NCBI GenBank assembly: GCA_013239625.1
Contig: MU053588.1
Span: forward strand, 211,988-275,987
Direction of reading: 5' to 3'
Length of the DNA stretch: 64,000 nt
Source: Lama guanicoe
Taxonomy: Eukaryota
The notes below the pieces were generated by a model. That model made no database searches. It was not told the origin of the DNA and saw only the letters and a list, made by a program, of their open reading frames with translations. The position numbers were made by a program, and so were the translations under genes. Shown in pieces: positions 26,154-39,938 of the stretch (the stretch's first letter is position 1; each line of letters starts with the position of its first letter).

Positions 26154-26449
26154 CACAGGAATTCACTCCATATTAGTTCATGGAGAGCTTCCTCATTTTT
26201 CTAATGGCTGCACAATGCTCCGTCATGTGGATGTTACAGTAACTTAGGCAACTACTCACTAACGTGTGGACATTTAGGATGTTTGCAGTAGTTTACAGTT
26301 ATAATGTTACAATAAATAACCTTGTACATATGTATTTTCCTTTTGTTGAGGCTTTATCTTCAGGGTAGTTTCCAAGATGTGAGATTGCTTATGAAGTTTT
26401 GTTAGGAATTGCCAAGTTCCCCTCCAGAGGTTGTACTAGTCTGCTTTCT

Positions 26450-26637
26450 GTGTTAGCTTCTTATGGCTGCTGTAACACATTACCACAAATTTAGTGGCTT
26501 AAAGCAACACAAATTTATTATCTTCTATCTCTGGAGGCCAGAAGCTGAAAGTGGGTCTTACAGAGCTAAAATCAAGATGTCAACAGCCTGCCTGCCTTCT
26601 GAAGGCTCTAGGAGAGAGTCTGTTTCTTGCCTTTTTA
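26450..26637 (-). mobile_element. MLT1 (MaLR) LTR fragment
   Basis: GCTGCTGTAACACATTACCACAAATTTAGTGGCTTAAAGCAACACAAATTTATTATCTT. Confidence 0.8.
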
Positions 26638-26884
26638 TGCTTTCTTTAGTGTCTTTATCCATCTTTTTATTTCCAACTTTGTTAAAGTACTTTGTTTTAA
26701 ATATGGGCTTTATATGCAGTATAGAGTTGAGTTCTGCTTTGTGAACCAGTCTGGACATCATTTCAGTTTAACAAGTGAAAGTCCAGTCATATTTTTGATA
26801 TGTTTGGGCTTAATTCTGCATTTTGTTTTATGTTATATTTTCTGGTTTTTATCATTTTTTAAAAAAGACTTTCATTTATCTGTT

Positions 26885-27032
26885 TTTTAAAAAAATTAAT
26901 TAAAATTTTTTGGCGGGGTTACTTTTTTTTTTTAATTTTATTTACTTTTTTTTAAAATGGCAGTTCTGGGGATTGAACCCAGGACCTCGTGCATGCTAAG
27001 CACACATTGTACCACTGAGCTGTACCCCATCC
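26885..27032 (-). mobile_element. tRNA-Ala-derived SINE (Vic-1-like)
   Basis: CTGGGGATTGAACCCAGGACCTCGTGCATGCTAAGCACACATTGTACCACTGAGCTGTACCCC preceded by a T-rich tail. Confidence 0.85.
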
Positions 27033-30000
27033 TTGTTGTTTATGTTTTTCTAGCCTTTTTTTGGTCATGTAATACTGTAGTTTTTATAATAATTAGAAAA
27101 TTTTTTCTTTTGTTCTAGTGTTTACCTTCATGGTTATAGTGTTCTCTTTCTTTAGACAGTATTTATTCTTTCTATTACTTGATTGGTCAGCTTTAAAAAC
27201 TAGCCTTTGTTTTTTAACCTGTAACAGATGAGTCAGTAAGTAGCTTAATTTTGCTGCCCACCTTCCCTTAGCAAATTTTGTTAGTTGTATGCATTGTACT
27301 TTGTCCAAGCATATTATATTTACATTTATGTCACATTTATGCCAATCTTTCATTTTGTGTTAATTTTGTAGTTAAATATATTTAGTGTTTTCCACTAGGT
27401 CCTTTTGCTGAAATTTCTCTAGACATCTCTTGATTGGCTGAAGTCTGTCCTCTGGCAGTTTCCTCAAAAAGAGTTCATGGAACCAGTGGCCCCCTTAAGT
27501 TCTGCCTTGTTCATAATTGACCATTCTTTCCTTCAGTTTCATATAGAATAGGATTGGTGATGAATATTGTTACAAAGATGTCTGATGCCAATTTGATATT
27601 TTCCCTTTATATGTAAGTACCTTCATATTTTGTTCTGAATGCCTAGATGGTTCTTGTTTTCATTTTAAAATCATTTTATTAGGGCACGTTTCAGTCTTGA
27701 CCATTTTGAGTCACTTTTTCCTAGTACATGTGTTCTCTCTCAGGATGGAGAGTCAAGTTTTTATTTCAGGAAATATTTCTTTTCTTTGTTATTGATGAAG
27801 TTAAAATTACAGGGCAGTGTAGAGTATAATATATAGTAAAAGATTTCCTACTGATGAACTGTTTTTGTGTTTCTGAATTGCATACTTGGTCATGTGTATT
27901 ATTCATTTAATATACTGCTTGATTCAGTTCTTATATTTAAGAATTTTGCCTGTTATCCTTGAGGGAGATTGGTCTGATATAAAGACATGTGACAATAAAA
28001 AGTGATGATTTGAGGGAGAAAAATGCTTATAAAGCCTTAATGCCTTAAATTTTAATGTCTTCTATAAACCATTTAAAAGAAGATATCAGTGTAATTAAAA
28101 TATGTGCAAAGTATAGGAGTAAGAAATTCACCAAAGAAGAAGACACAAAGTATATAAAAGATACAGAATGTATATAAAAATGCTCAATAGTATAATAAGA
28201 GAATTACAAATTAAAACAATAATGAGGTACTCTTACTTGTAGGGGCAAAGATTTTTAGAATGATATTAGCCAATATGATTAGGTTTGAAGACATATACTT
28301 TATATTGCTGATAGGAATGTAAATTGATAAAAATTATTTTGGAAGGCAGTTTGACAGTGGATATTACTATTTAAAATATGTGTATAGTTTTATTTCACAC
28401 TAGAACCTATAAAATATTAAATTATGCAAAAACATATTGTAGAAGCTGCTTATTTGATTTGTAAGTTGGTTATGAGGAATCAAAAAATATATATACACAA
28501 ATGTGAGGCATTTTATTTTAACTTTATGGCATATAAGTGAATGTTTATTAGTTTTTTGATACAGTGTTAAAACCTTTTACTTGAATATGCTCTGTTGATT
28601 AAAATTCAACATTGTCTTTCTGACATAAATAAAAACTTTCATTGTTGATTTCTTATAAAGTGAAGCAAAAATGCTTCCAAACCAATGAGTATAGAATCCT
28701 TACAGAGTTTTATGTTTTTAATAGGCTTCTACAGTTCTCTTCCATACTTAAATCAAAATCGGGTTTTTGAGTAACTGACTTTTAGCCTGTTTTTCTACAA
28801 CTTTCAACTTAGTTTTCATTAAGAGGACTCTCTTTCAGCACTCATCTAATTAATTAATTTAATTAAGCTATGTAATTATAAATGTGAACTAAACAGGTTG
28901 CAAGCACAACTGAATTTTGGCAAGCAGATAACTTAGCTTTAGGGATACAAGTATAAAAATCTATTAAGATGCTGGTTACCTAAATTATGGTTCATTCATT
29001 CTGCAAATGAGGTAGCTTTGTTTGTACTGACAAGGAAAAATGTCTACAATGTTGTAAGTTAATTTTTTAAGTTAGAAAAAAGTTGTATTATCTGTATAGG
29101 AAAAATTCTAGGAGGATAACAGACCCAACCATGAATAGTACTGGTCTTTGGGATGATGTTTTGAGAGAGTATACTTCATACATTTTTGCATTGCTTAAAT
29201 ATTTTCTAATACATATTATTTCTGTTTAAAAGAAAAAGTGAAAAATATTGTAGAGCAGCCCTAATGTGCTTGTCCTCAGCTGATGCTCCCTTACACATAC
29301 AGTTGGGTAGGGAAATCCTTCCGTGTGTTTTTCTCATGAGATTCCTTTCAGCCAAGTGTAATCAGGATGGGGGTGCACGGTGATGTACCCCTTCACTCTG
29401 TTCTCCTCTGCATCCCATAAGGTTTTGTGGGTGGTTTTTTTTTTTTTTTTGGCATTAGGTGTATTTTTCTTGACACTTCCGCACAATGATAGATAATTTT
29501 ACAAATCACCCTGATTCAGTCCTTTTATGGAAGAGACTTTAATGAGAAGAAGGTGTAAAATGCAAGGCTTAGGTAGTATTATTGGTCCAAGAATTTCACC
29601 AGAATTTTCTTTTATAAGTATTGATTATTTTTTCCTAAGCATCCTTTAAAATAATTTCATAAATTCAGAAATAAAATCCTTATGGAATTATGATAGCAAG
29701 TGACCTGATATAAAATAACTTGGGGCAAATGAGTATGAATATTTATTTTTTTCACTTAGTACTGTTATATTTAACTTTTTTGTTTACTTAAGTCTTTAAA
29801 ATAATTTTGTGACATTTTATAGGACCTTTTTGGTGTTCCTACACGCCATACTCCCTTCTGTCTTCCAGTTCCTTAAATACTAGTTGTAATCTTCACTTGT
29901 TGCGTTTAGTTCTGATTCTCTTCCACTGTCTTATTTACCACTTACAGTCTGACTTCTGCCCCTCTAGTGTGAATAAATCCAGGTGCTTTTCTTCATTTTC

Positions 30001-30150
30001 ACATTCCTCAGCTTACTGAGATGCATAAGGTACTTTTTCTCTGTCCAAAGCTCTGTTCTGTATCTCTCTCCCTCTAATGGCTCCTGTGCCTGTTTTTCTT
30101 TCTTTTCCTCATTCAGCCATAAGATCTTTGTCATTAATTGGATCTCTATG

Positions 30151-30341
30151 CAGTGCTGTCTAATAGAATATTCTGTGATAATAGAAGTGATCTGTGCTTT
30201 CCAAAACAGTAGCCACGAGCCACATTTGGCTTTTAAGCACTTGAAATAATGCTAGGTGTGATTGAGAAACTGAATTCTTAAATTTTGAATTTTGATTAAA
30301 TTGCCATATGTGGTTAGTAGCTGCTATATTGGACAGCGTAG
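30151..30341. mobile_element. MER3-like hAT MITE
   Basis: GCTGTCTAATAGAA at the start and TATTGGACAGC at the end, with GTAGCCACGAGCCACAT inside. Confidence 0.8.
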
Positions 30342-30949
30342 CTATACGTTCTCTTAAACAAGGAGATCCAATCTATAAATCTGTGGGTCATTGGTTAAGC
30401 TGTTCATTGGAGCATGGATTCTGGGCTTTAGCAGTAAACTCCCTCTTTGTTTTTAAGATTTCCCTTTTTTCCACACACTTGCACCAGAATCTCCTGGGTT
30501 TCATGCCTGGGGAGTGTTTACTGAATCAAAGGAGGGTTTACTGAATCAGAAGACGGTTTGCTGAATCAGTATATCTACCTACTGCTCACCAGTTCAGCAC
30601 AGGTCTGCAGCTTAGTGAGATCTTTTCCTCTTCCAACCTTATACACCAGCCTACTTACTATACAGTTCTGATTGGATTCCAAAGTTGCTCATGATTTGAC
30701 TTCTAACTTCCATCATTTATAGATTATGATCAGTTGGAAATTATGTGTCTCTGGTATCTATCTGGGTACGTTTTAATCCCAAAGAGGTTACCTTTCGCAT
30801 TCTTTCTTGCCATGTGATCATCAGCCTATTTCATAATTCTTTTGGACAGAGATGTAATAATATCTGCACCTACTAGTAGTGTAGGCGTAGGGATAGCTTA
30901 ATGAGCATGTATTAATTTGTCTCATTTTATGATAAGTATCAGTGAACAT

Positions 30950-31170
30950 GTATAGTGAGCCAGACACTGCTAGGTATTGTATAAATATGTTATCCCTTAT
31001 TTTTATACCACACTTGCAAGATCACCTTATTTTGCCTACTTAGAAACTGAGGCTCAAGAGGTCGGTTAATCAGTTTACTAACAGTAGAGTAACTGGCTAG
31101 CTGGGTGCAGGGGTAGGATTCAAACTCACCTTTGACCCTCAAGCCCTGTTGTGTTTCTGCTGTGCCACAT
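30950..31170 (-). mobile_element. MIR SINE remnant
   Basis: AGAAACTGAGGCTCAAGAGG...GGATTCAAACTC. Confidence 0.65.
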
Positions 31171-33110
31171 GGATGTCAGTTTGTCTGTCTTCTGCTTTGC
31201 CTGAATCCATAATTTTCCTTTACCCCTCAATCAGTTACTGATATGAGTAAATTACCTTTTGCTGAATGCCATCATAATGCCATTGACTTCTAAGTGTTCC
31301 TCTATTCCAGTCATAGTGAACATTTCTTCTACATATTTAATACTTATTTCGTGCTCCATACATCCCCCAGACTCTACTGTGTACTTTCCCCTGGAGTACC
31401 CCACATGAAGTTCCTTCCCTTATAGTATTCATTTGTCTAAGTCCAGAACATCTTTTTTTTTTTTTTTTAAGAGAGTGGTTGGAGCTCCAGGCACCTGAGA
31501 ATCCTCCATGTTAGAGAATGTCTGGCATCTTCTCCTCAGTCTTCTTTTACTCAGCATTACCTTAGGTATTGTATAAAGCTGTCATTTGCCTGGAGTAAAG
31601 ATTTATTCTTGGTAAGAGGGAATGTGGTGGCCCTGGGTGATGGATACAGGAAAGGAGGTTCTAGGAGAGTAAGTGAGGAAATAGCAGTGGTTGTACTTCT
31701 GCCAGAAGAATGAACAACAGTGTAGAGCTAACAGAGGATAAGTCAACAAAAGACTCTCAGGCCTAGGTTGAGATGGGGACCCAAGTAAGAAAAATCCATG
31801 GCTGTGCATAGGAGGGCCTGGTAGAGATGGGAGCTTTCCTTGAGTGGAGGGTGTGTTGGGATGAAAGGTACAGATGGAGTATATGTTCTTTGCTTTTCAG
31901 TTTGTGCAGATGTAGCCTGGAGGCAGCTTTTTTTTCAACAGGTGGGAAGCTGTTATGAAAAAAAGACTGTATCTAATTATCTGAGGAATGCTAACATGTC
32001 TAGTTCTAAAGTAACCCTAAGCATACCAAAACATGAAAATACTGAATATGAATACAAAGTATGCAAATACTGTTACTGAAATAATCACTGTATTTTGGCA
32101 GCTTGATCATAGCCTTGTAAATCAATCTCATATTCTCCAGGAATTATTTCTTAACTAAGCTAGCGAGCTTTGATCTCTGATTTTCTGACACTTGTACTGC
32201 TAATAATCTGTGTCATGTTAACTAGTTCTGCATTATGTATTATATTGAATTTTTGTATGCACAAGTTTTCTCTCTCAGTTTTTTAAAAAAGGGAAGGACC
32301 TGTGTCTCAGACTTTTTTCTCTCTATTAGAAGTTGGGCACATAGTAGTGGGCTCTGTATAACTGAGTGTATCAGCTGATTAACATGGTGTAACATGTTGT
32401 GGTGTAACATGGTGTGGGTTTGTTATTTTCCTGTTTTGGAGATCGTCTTTTGAAAAATAGTTTTCTTTCCACCTCACCTCTACCGGTATTCTCTCCTGAA
32501 AGATCAAGTGTCTATTCTGTAAGGCAGCATTTTTCTATGATAAGAAAAGGTGACCTTCAGATTTCTTCTAAAACCTAAGGGGGAAAACCCCATTTTTCTC
32601 TGGTCCTTGATAAAATCTGGAAAGTTGTTGAGCATTCTGTCAGCACTCATTCATTCAGCAAAATGCTGCCATTTTCCTATGTGCTAAATATAACAGTAAG
32701 AAGAAAGAGAAGCAAACATTAATCTCTGCCCTTATTGAGCTTTTAGTTTAGCTAGTGCAGGACGGACTGGAGACTAAAGACTAGAGGCAGGGAAATAGTA
32801 ACTATGATCTAATCAGTTGTTCTCAGTTCCTCATCTTCTTGGTATTTAGCCTTGTCTGCATCTTGACGCCCTGCATTTCCCTTCTCACCGTCTCACCATC
32901 ACCACCTCATATACCTTCCTCTGTCAGCTGTCTTCATCCTCTGTGCTTTCTTTGTATTTTGTTCATATTGCATGGCCGTATTTGAGAGGTGTCAAAACCA
33001 TGACTTTCTTCTCTCTTTCCCCCAAGTAAATTCTCCAGTTTCATTAATAAGAGTTTTCTTTCTCCTTGCAAAGGGAAAGAGGAGACATTTGCTTTCTTGA
33101 TATTTTTCAG

Positions 33111-34690
33111 ACTGGGAGTCTTGGTATGAAATCAAGGCATTATCTCCAAAGTGGTACATTGATGAAGAGGAAATATCCCAGGGGATGATAATGGAAAGAC
33201 TGACAAGTTACGGCCTTGGACGCTCGTGTTTCAGAGGAGCCTGGAAACGTGAGGGTGAATTTGAGCTGCATCAAGGAAATCAGGAGAGGCATTTCAGGCA
33301 AGCGACAACTCTTAAGGAAATCTCTGCTGGGAAAAGAGACAATGAATATAATAATTCTGAGAGAGACGTTCTCTTGAAGTCAGTGCTTTTAACACAACAG
33401 AGAGTTCCCACAGTAGAGCAAGTACATAAATTTGATATTTATGACAAAATGTTCCCCCAAAATTCAGTCCTAATTGAGCATAAAAGACTGCATGCTGAGG
33501 AGGAATCTTTGATAGCTGATGGATGTAAAGAACTCAACCAGAGTACAAACCTCAGTAAAGAGGCAGAAATTCCTCCTGGGGAGAAACCTTACGAAAGTAA
33601 TGATTTTTCAGATCTCTTAAGTTTCCACTCATTACTTACTCAGCATCAGACAACTCATTTTGTTAAATTACCCCGTGGATATGATGGATGTGGTGATGCC
33701 TTTAGGTGTTACTCATTCTTTACTCAACCTCAGAGAATTCACAGCGGAGAGAAACCATACACATGCAATGACTGTGGAAAAGCCTTTAGCCATGACTTCT
33801 TTCTCAGTGAACATCAGAGAACTCATATCGGGGAGAAACCATATGAGTGTAAGGAATGTAACAAAGCTTTCAGACAGAGTGCACACCTTGCTCAACATCA
33901 AAGAATCCACACTGGAGAGAAACCCTTTGCATGCAATGAGTGTGGGAAGGCATTCAGCCGTTACGCCTTCCTTGTTGAACATCAGAGAATTCACACAGGA
34001 GAGAAACCATATGAATGTAAAGAATGTAACAAAGCCTTCAGACAGAGTGCACACCTTAACCAACATCAGAGAATCCACACTGGAGAGAAACCCTATGAAT
34101 GTAATCAGTGTGGAAAAGCCTTCAGCAGACGCATAGCCCTTACTCTGCATCAGAGAATTCATACAGGAGAGAAACCCTTTAAATGTACTGAATGCGGGAA
34201 GACCTTTGGATATCGCTCCCACCTTAATCAACATCAGAGAATTCACACCGGCGAAAAGCCCTATGAGTGCATCAAGTGTGGGAAGTTTTTTAGGACTGAC
34301 TCACAACTTAATCGACATCACAGAATTCATACTGGAGAGAGACCCTTTGAATGCAGTAAATGTGGGAAAGCCTTCAGTGATGCTTTAGTTCTAATTCATC
34401 ATAAGAGAAGTCATGCAGGAGAGAAACCCTATGAATGTAACAAATGTGGGAAGGCCTTCAGTTGTGGCTCATACCTTAGTCAACATCAGAGAATTCATAC
34501 TGGAGAGAAACCGTATGAATGTAATGAATGTGGGAAGGCTTTCCATCAGGTCTTGTCCCTTCGGCTGCACCAGAGAATTCATGCTGGAGAAAAGCTCTAT
34601 AACTGTAATGCATGTGGGAACAACTTTAACTGTGCTTCAGCCCTTAGACGACATCAGAAAATTCATAGTAGAGAAACTGACTGTGTGTAA
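33111..34690 (+). CDS. ZNF527: ZNF527 last coding exon: spacer, 2 degenerate and 11 intact C2H2 fingers
   Basis: Acceptor TTTTTCAG ends at 33110. (D)[14 protein letters not shown] is in frame with ORF 33185-34690. Spliced CDS is 33+127+96+1580 = 1836 nt (611 aa). Finger sequences match recalled ZNF527. Confidence 0.93.
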
Positions 34691-34899
34691 CAAGTGTAAG
34701 AAAGCACTTGGTCACCACTCAGTCCTTATTAAATCAATATCAGCGAATTCTTCAGCTAGTAATTCTATGAATGTAGTACATGTGGAAAAGCCTTCAGTTC
34801 ATGAGCATCCCTCATTTGAAACAGCCTGAATAGTAGACGTCCTTTACTTTGGGATCTGTTCTACGCACCATTTGAGACTTACCTCACCCTCAATGCACG

Positions 34900-35350
34900 T
34901 CATTCCGGTGAAGCTGTTTAATCAGGGAGAGCTGTGGATTGGTCAGAGGCTGGCCAATTATTTTCCTCAACCTAATGATGGATAGGGATTTAGAAATGGC
35001 CCTGTCTAGACTAAAGAGCCCTAGGTGGGCATTGTTATGGGTTGTAAGAGAAGATCATTTCCCCACTCCTGGCATTGGAAGTTTTAAGGATTTAGTAAGG
35101 CTAAAATCTCACCAGTAACCTTTTTGCCACCACGTGAAGGAAGTCTTCCCAAGATAAATCCAACAACATAAAGGGAAAATGGAGATAAGAGACCAAAATC
35201 TGAGGATATTGTTTGATCTTCTGGATCCAGTCATGCCTGAAGTCTACACCATCTTTTAATTTTTCATTTTTGTGATCCAATAAATTTCCTTTTTTTGCTT
35301 GTTAATTTAATTTGGGTCTTTGCCTCTTGGAATCAGAGTCCTCATTTCTA
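34900..35350 (+). mobile_element. MLT1-type MaLR LTR downstream of the ZNF527 stop
   Basis: GGATCCAGTCATGCCTGAAG...CCAATAAATTTCCTTTTTTTGCTT...TTGGGTCTTTG. Confidence 0.65.
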
Positions 35351-38300
35351 CACCCCATGTTTGCTATGCATGTGAGAAAGCCTTAATCTTTTATATGGTG
35401 TAATTATTTATCCAAAGCAGAAACCTTATAAAAAGTTATGAAATTACATACACAGCCTTCATAAAGCTGAGAGAATTTTTACATTTTGTTTGTTGATAAA
35501 AACTAAGTATTCATTAGTCTGTTTCACAGTAAGAATGAATTTTTACAATTTACTTAGTAAAACTTAACAGGCTTTCTCATAGGGAATTAAAATAATTTGT
35601 GGCAGTGACTCACCATAGATGCTTGAAGAAAGATTACCCAGCTCAGAGAATAATGGATCCATCAGTTTAATGAATGGCTCTTCATCGTAAAGGAATTATT
35701 TGATCTCTTGCTTGCAGCGTGGGTTTAAACATACTGTGTGATAGACTATAATTAGAATTGTAAATGAGGTCTTTTGTAAGTGGGTTGTAAACTTGGTTTA
35801 AGAAGTTTATGGATAACTTCTTTGAAACTAGAGATACTAGACAAGACATTGCTAGCAGACAGAATGAGCCATTTTCAACTAACGATTAAAGTATAGCAGA
35901 GCCTAAAATTTTTAGAGAGTAAATCATTACCATTCTTCAGAGTAATGAGGAACATGACGGGGTGGGGCAGTATGTTCCTGTTTTATCTGAGCAGATATAT
36001 AGAGGTAAAATTTGATACGGAAATGTTGCTTTGAGCAGTTAAGAACCAGTTAGAATCTTGGGTATTGTCTGGAAAGCATCTATAAAAACAGATCAGAACA
36101 AATGAATTATGAAAAAGTGAAGGATTTATATATATATATATATATACACATAAATATGCATGGTGTGAAACAATGATTACTAATATAATTACTTTAATAG
36201 TCAATTTATACTTATAAAAACCTGAAAATTATTTTTCTTACATACTAAGACAAATTCTCTTTAAACAACTTAAATTACAGATTTAGTGTAACTGAAAATG
36301 TCAAACCTTGAACAGAAACAAATATAATGCTTTTAAAAACACTGCCAAGCTTGTATTACATCTAATCTAAAATATCTTAATATCATAAGCTGAGTTTATG
36401 TCATCATTAGTTTATTCTCTCTCATGTTTCCTGGAGGTATAGGAATACTTATTTTAATATTTTCTAAGGGTTGAGTAATAATTTATTTCAGAAAGTTCCC
36501 TAAGGTTGCTCTAAACTTACTAGGCCTAAAGAAAAAAAAGAATGACTCAGACCCATGATAAGTCCGAGTTACTCATTAACTTATTCCTGATCTAAGTGTG
36601 GCACCTGATTTCTTCCTCCAAGGTGATGTAAACCCAAGCCACTGATTCTGTTTTTACAGTTAATCTTCACTTGTCATGTTGACAGAATCTTTAACAGCCA
36701 TGCCTTTAGCACAGATGTACTTTACAATCTGATGCTTCTGTTCACAATGAGGTGCTAAATTTTGCTTAATCTGCAGCTATGCAACCTATTGTCTTACTGT
36801 GGTACATTGGCTCGATCTTTCAGCATTATTTAAAACTCATGCTTTATTAGTATCTTATAGATACAATAGGACTGTCCAGAGATTTCCTGTCATAAAAGAT
36901 GAGGATTTGAGTTTGTTCAGTTAATTCTTTTTAGGACATGGACTAATTCATTTAGAACACACTGGTTAAACCCTTTCCACTTGTTTGAGTGTGATCAATG
37001 GTGATGAACTTTTGGATTCCTTTTTTAATCTGGTTATGCTGAACATATCTTTCTGCCTTGTTACAGTTGATGCAATTTTTGCTTGTCATATGTAAGGGTT
37101 TTCTTTATACATTCTTGATTAAGCAGAAGGTTTGTGTTTTTGTGTTTTAAAATTTTGTATTGAGTGCCTACTGTGTGCCAAGCTTTGTTCTAATCCAGGC
37201 TTTGAAGATAATAGTAGTGAATTAAACAAAAATTCCTGTGTTCATAGACCTAATTTCTAATCAAGGAGGCAGACAGTAAAAAGATATATAAGTAAATATA
37301 TACTATGTGAGACAGTAAATTGTAAGGAGAAAAAGATGAAGAAATTGCTGGAGACCAGATTGATATTTTAGATTGTGTGGCCTGGGAAGGCCTCTTTGAA
37401 GCTGACTTTTGTTTAAAGACCTGGGAAAGATAAGTGGTCTGTCTATTCACACTACATATACACACTTGCACGTATACACATTTATATGCCTTATATACCT
37501 AATGGAAAGGAAATGTATATACATATGTGTGTGTGTGTATACATATGCATTTTTATTTATACTTTGTACTTACTAAATGCATTCTCATATTTTGTTATGC
37601 CTATGTATTTGTGGATTGCATTTTCACATTTTTCTTTTTAGTCTCTTGAGTTCATGGCCTTTTACTGTCTACATTTTAATTATAATGTACATATTTTTGA
37701 TGCTCAAATTGTCAGAATTTAGCCACTGTGGCCACTTTAAGCTGACTCCTTGCTCCCTTCAGCGCTGCCCTGACATCTCTGCAAGCACCCTTACTTCCTG
37801 GCAATAACAGGATGTTCCAGACCCATCAGTGACCTGCCCAAAGTCATGAAGCTAACTACCTTCTAAGGAATTTAGAGAGGGAGAAAACAAGCATATACTT
37901 TCAAAAGAGGTTATGAAATCAGACATAGAAGTTTCCAAATAATTTTTTCTCAGTAAAAGGTCTTGCTAGATCTATTTGGGGGCCTAAGAAAGAGTCTAAA
38001 GGAAGATTGCATTTTCCTTATATATTTTCTATTTTCTATTGTTCTTGTTGCCCAAGGAGAAAAAGATGGCCCACAGTAGAGTTCATTTTAATAAGAGATA
38101 CATGTTAATTACTCTTTATAAAACTTGAACTTGTTTTAGGATTTGTGAAACATTGTTTCAATAACTTAAAGTCCATTTGAAAATTAATGATAATTTAATA
38201 CTGCCTCAGTTGATGTAAATGAGTCAAAAGGAAATGTGGCTAAACTGCTTCAGGTGAGCGAAAATTCCACTTGTTCCCTCCCTCCTAATAGAGGGTTTTC

Positions 38301-39438
38301 TTTTTAAAGTATTTCAGACATCTCTTCCTGAGCAAATGCAATGCAGGTTTTTCTGTGAGGTGTAAGTAAACTTTCCACAGAGTCCTGCACCCTTTTAGCA
38401 GTGACTGTATTTGGATGCTACGACTACACATGAATTTTGGGCAAAATTGCTGCTATTATGATTGGGTCTCTTTTAGAGACAGCTGGGAAAAAATGTTTCC
38501 TTTTTGAAACATGATTGCATAGTGATTTCTAGTTCCTGCTTAGCATGTTTGCTGTACCCTGCTAAGATTTTCTACTTTATTCACAGAGTGTAAGACAGGG
38601 AGACAACAGATTACATGGTAGAGAAAAGCAGATAATTTGAAGCCATGAGGTAAGGGTACTTTATTGACAGGAGAACAAGTCACTTTCCTGTTCAGCTTTC
38701 TTAAGGCTTTTGCATGGTAATTCCTCACAAATTCTTCCAGAAAGAGTAGTGGGAGTACTTCTCTTTAGATTCTTGGCACATGTATAAGGTGTTGGAGTTA
38801 GACCTTCACATAGACATCGGCTCTTTTAGTTGGGAGACCCTGAGAAAGTGATTATACGTCTTTTAGACTGGTTATCTGTAAAATTACAATAATTCCAGCC
38901 TTTCATGTTTTTGTGAGGGTTACTCAATGTAATATATGTAAACAATTATTAATGATGCAGTCGAGCAGAAAGTTGAATTGCATGCCTGAGAGCCAGCTGC
39001 TCATGTGAGACAGAATCGTAAATCCTACCCCTGTGTCCTGCTTCCCATATGGAGTCCGGAACAGTGGTGCTCCCAGCCCTTCTCTTTGATGCTGGAGTGG
39101 GAGCTGCAGCTCCAGAGTGTTTCAGGATTCCTTGTTTGGATATTTGAGGCTGTTAGGACTCTTGCCTTCCATTAAGATAGAGGCCAGGAAGGGTATGGCT
39201 CTAGTTTTTTAATTTTGGACTTGCATTTTTGGACCTCAATTCATAGCATAGTGTTGGACTAAACAATGTTACCAAAATTGTTTAGTCCAACATTCATTTC
39301 TTGGTTCTTCCCCCATCATTCCCAATTCCAAATCTCCCCCAGAGGCGTGCACACCACCTTGTTTGGTATGCATGCTTAAATGTGTACATATCCTTTATCA
39401 AATATGTCATGTTGTGTGTTCGAAATTTATATTAATGG

Positions 39439-39938
39439 TGAGACAGGAGGAAAAGGGGCAGGGCACAACCGTTCAATGACACAGCAGTTGAAGATTTGAG
39501 TCCCAGTAGCCCTTGAACTTCATTATACTCCCATTGTAGTATATGAACACGGTAATGACTCCCCCAGGCACCATGGCAGTTCCGAGGCTGACCATAAAAG
39601 GTCAGAAAAAGGGTGGTGGCTCAGGGTAACGGCCCAGTTCCTGGGAATCCCACCCCTTCCCCAGAGTAGTTGGAATAATCCTCCCACTTGTTAGCATATG
39701 AAATTACCGGGCCCATAAAAACTAACAACCCCACGCCTCGCGGCCTTCCTGGCCTTCTGAGCTGGCCTACACTCTATCTATGGAATGTGCATCTCTGTGA
39801 ATGAATCTACTTTTACTCAACTGCTGTTCGCTCTTGAATTCTTTCCTGCGCGAATCCAAGGACCTTCACTTTGCCTATTCCAGGGACTTGCCCGAGACCT
39901 GGGACTTGACCATCCTCTCACTCCCGTTTCCTGTATTA
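39439..39938 (+). mobile_element. Solo ERV1 LTR, MER41-like
   Basis: Starts TGAGACAGGAG. Contains CACCATGGCAGTTCCGAGG..GACCATAAAAGG, GGAATAATCCTCCC and TTGAATTCTTTCCTGCGCGA.TCCAAG. ATGG flanks both sides. Confidence 0.75.

Noticed and set aside
30511..30570. CRISPR-like repeat array (also 8575-8701)
   Set aside because: Mammalian context, no unique spacers and no cas genes.
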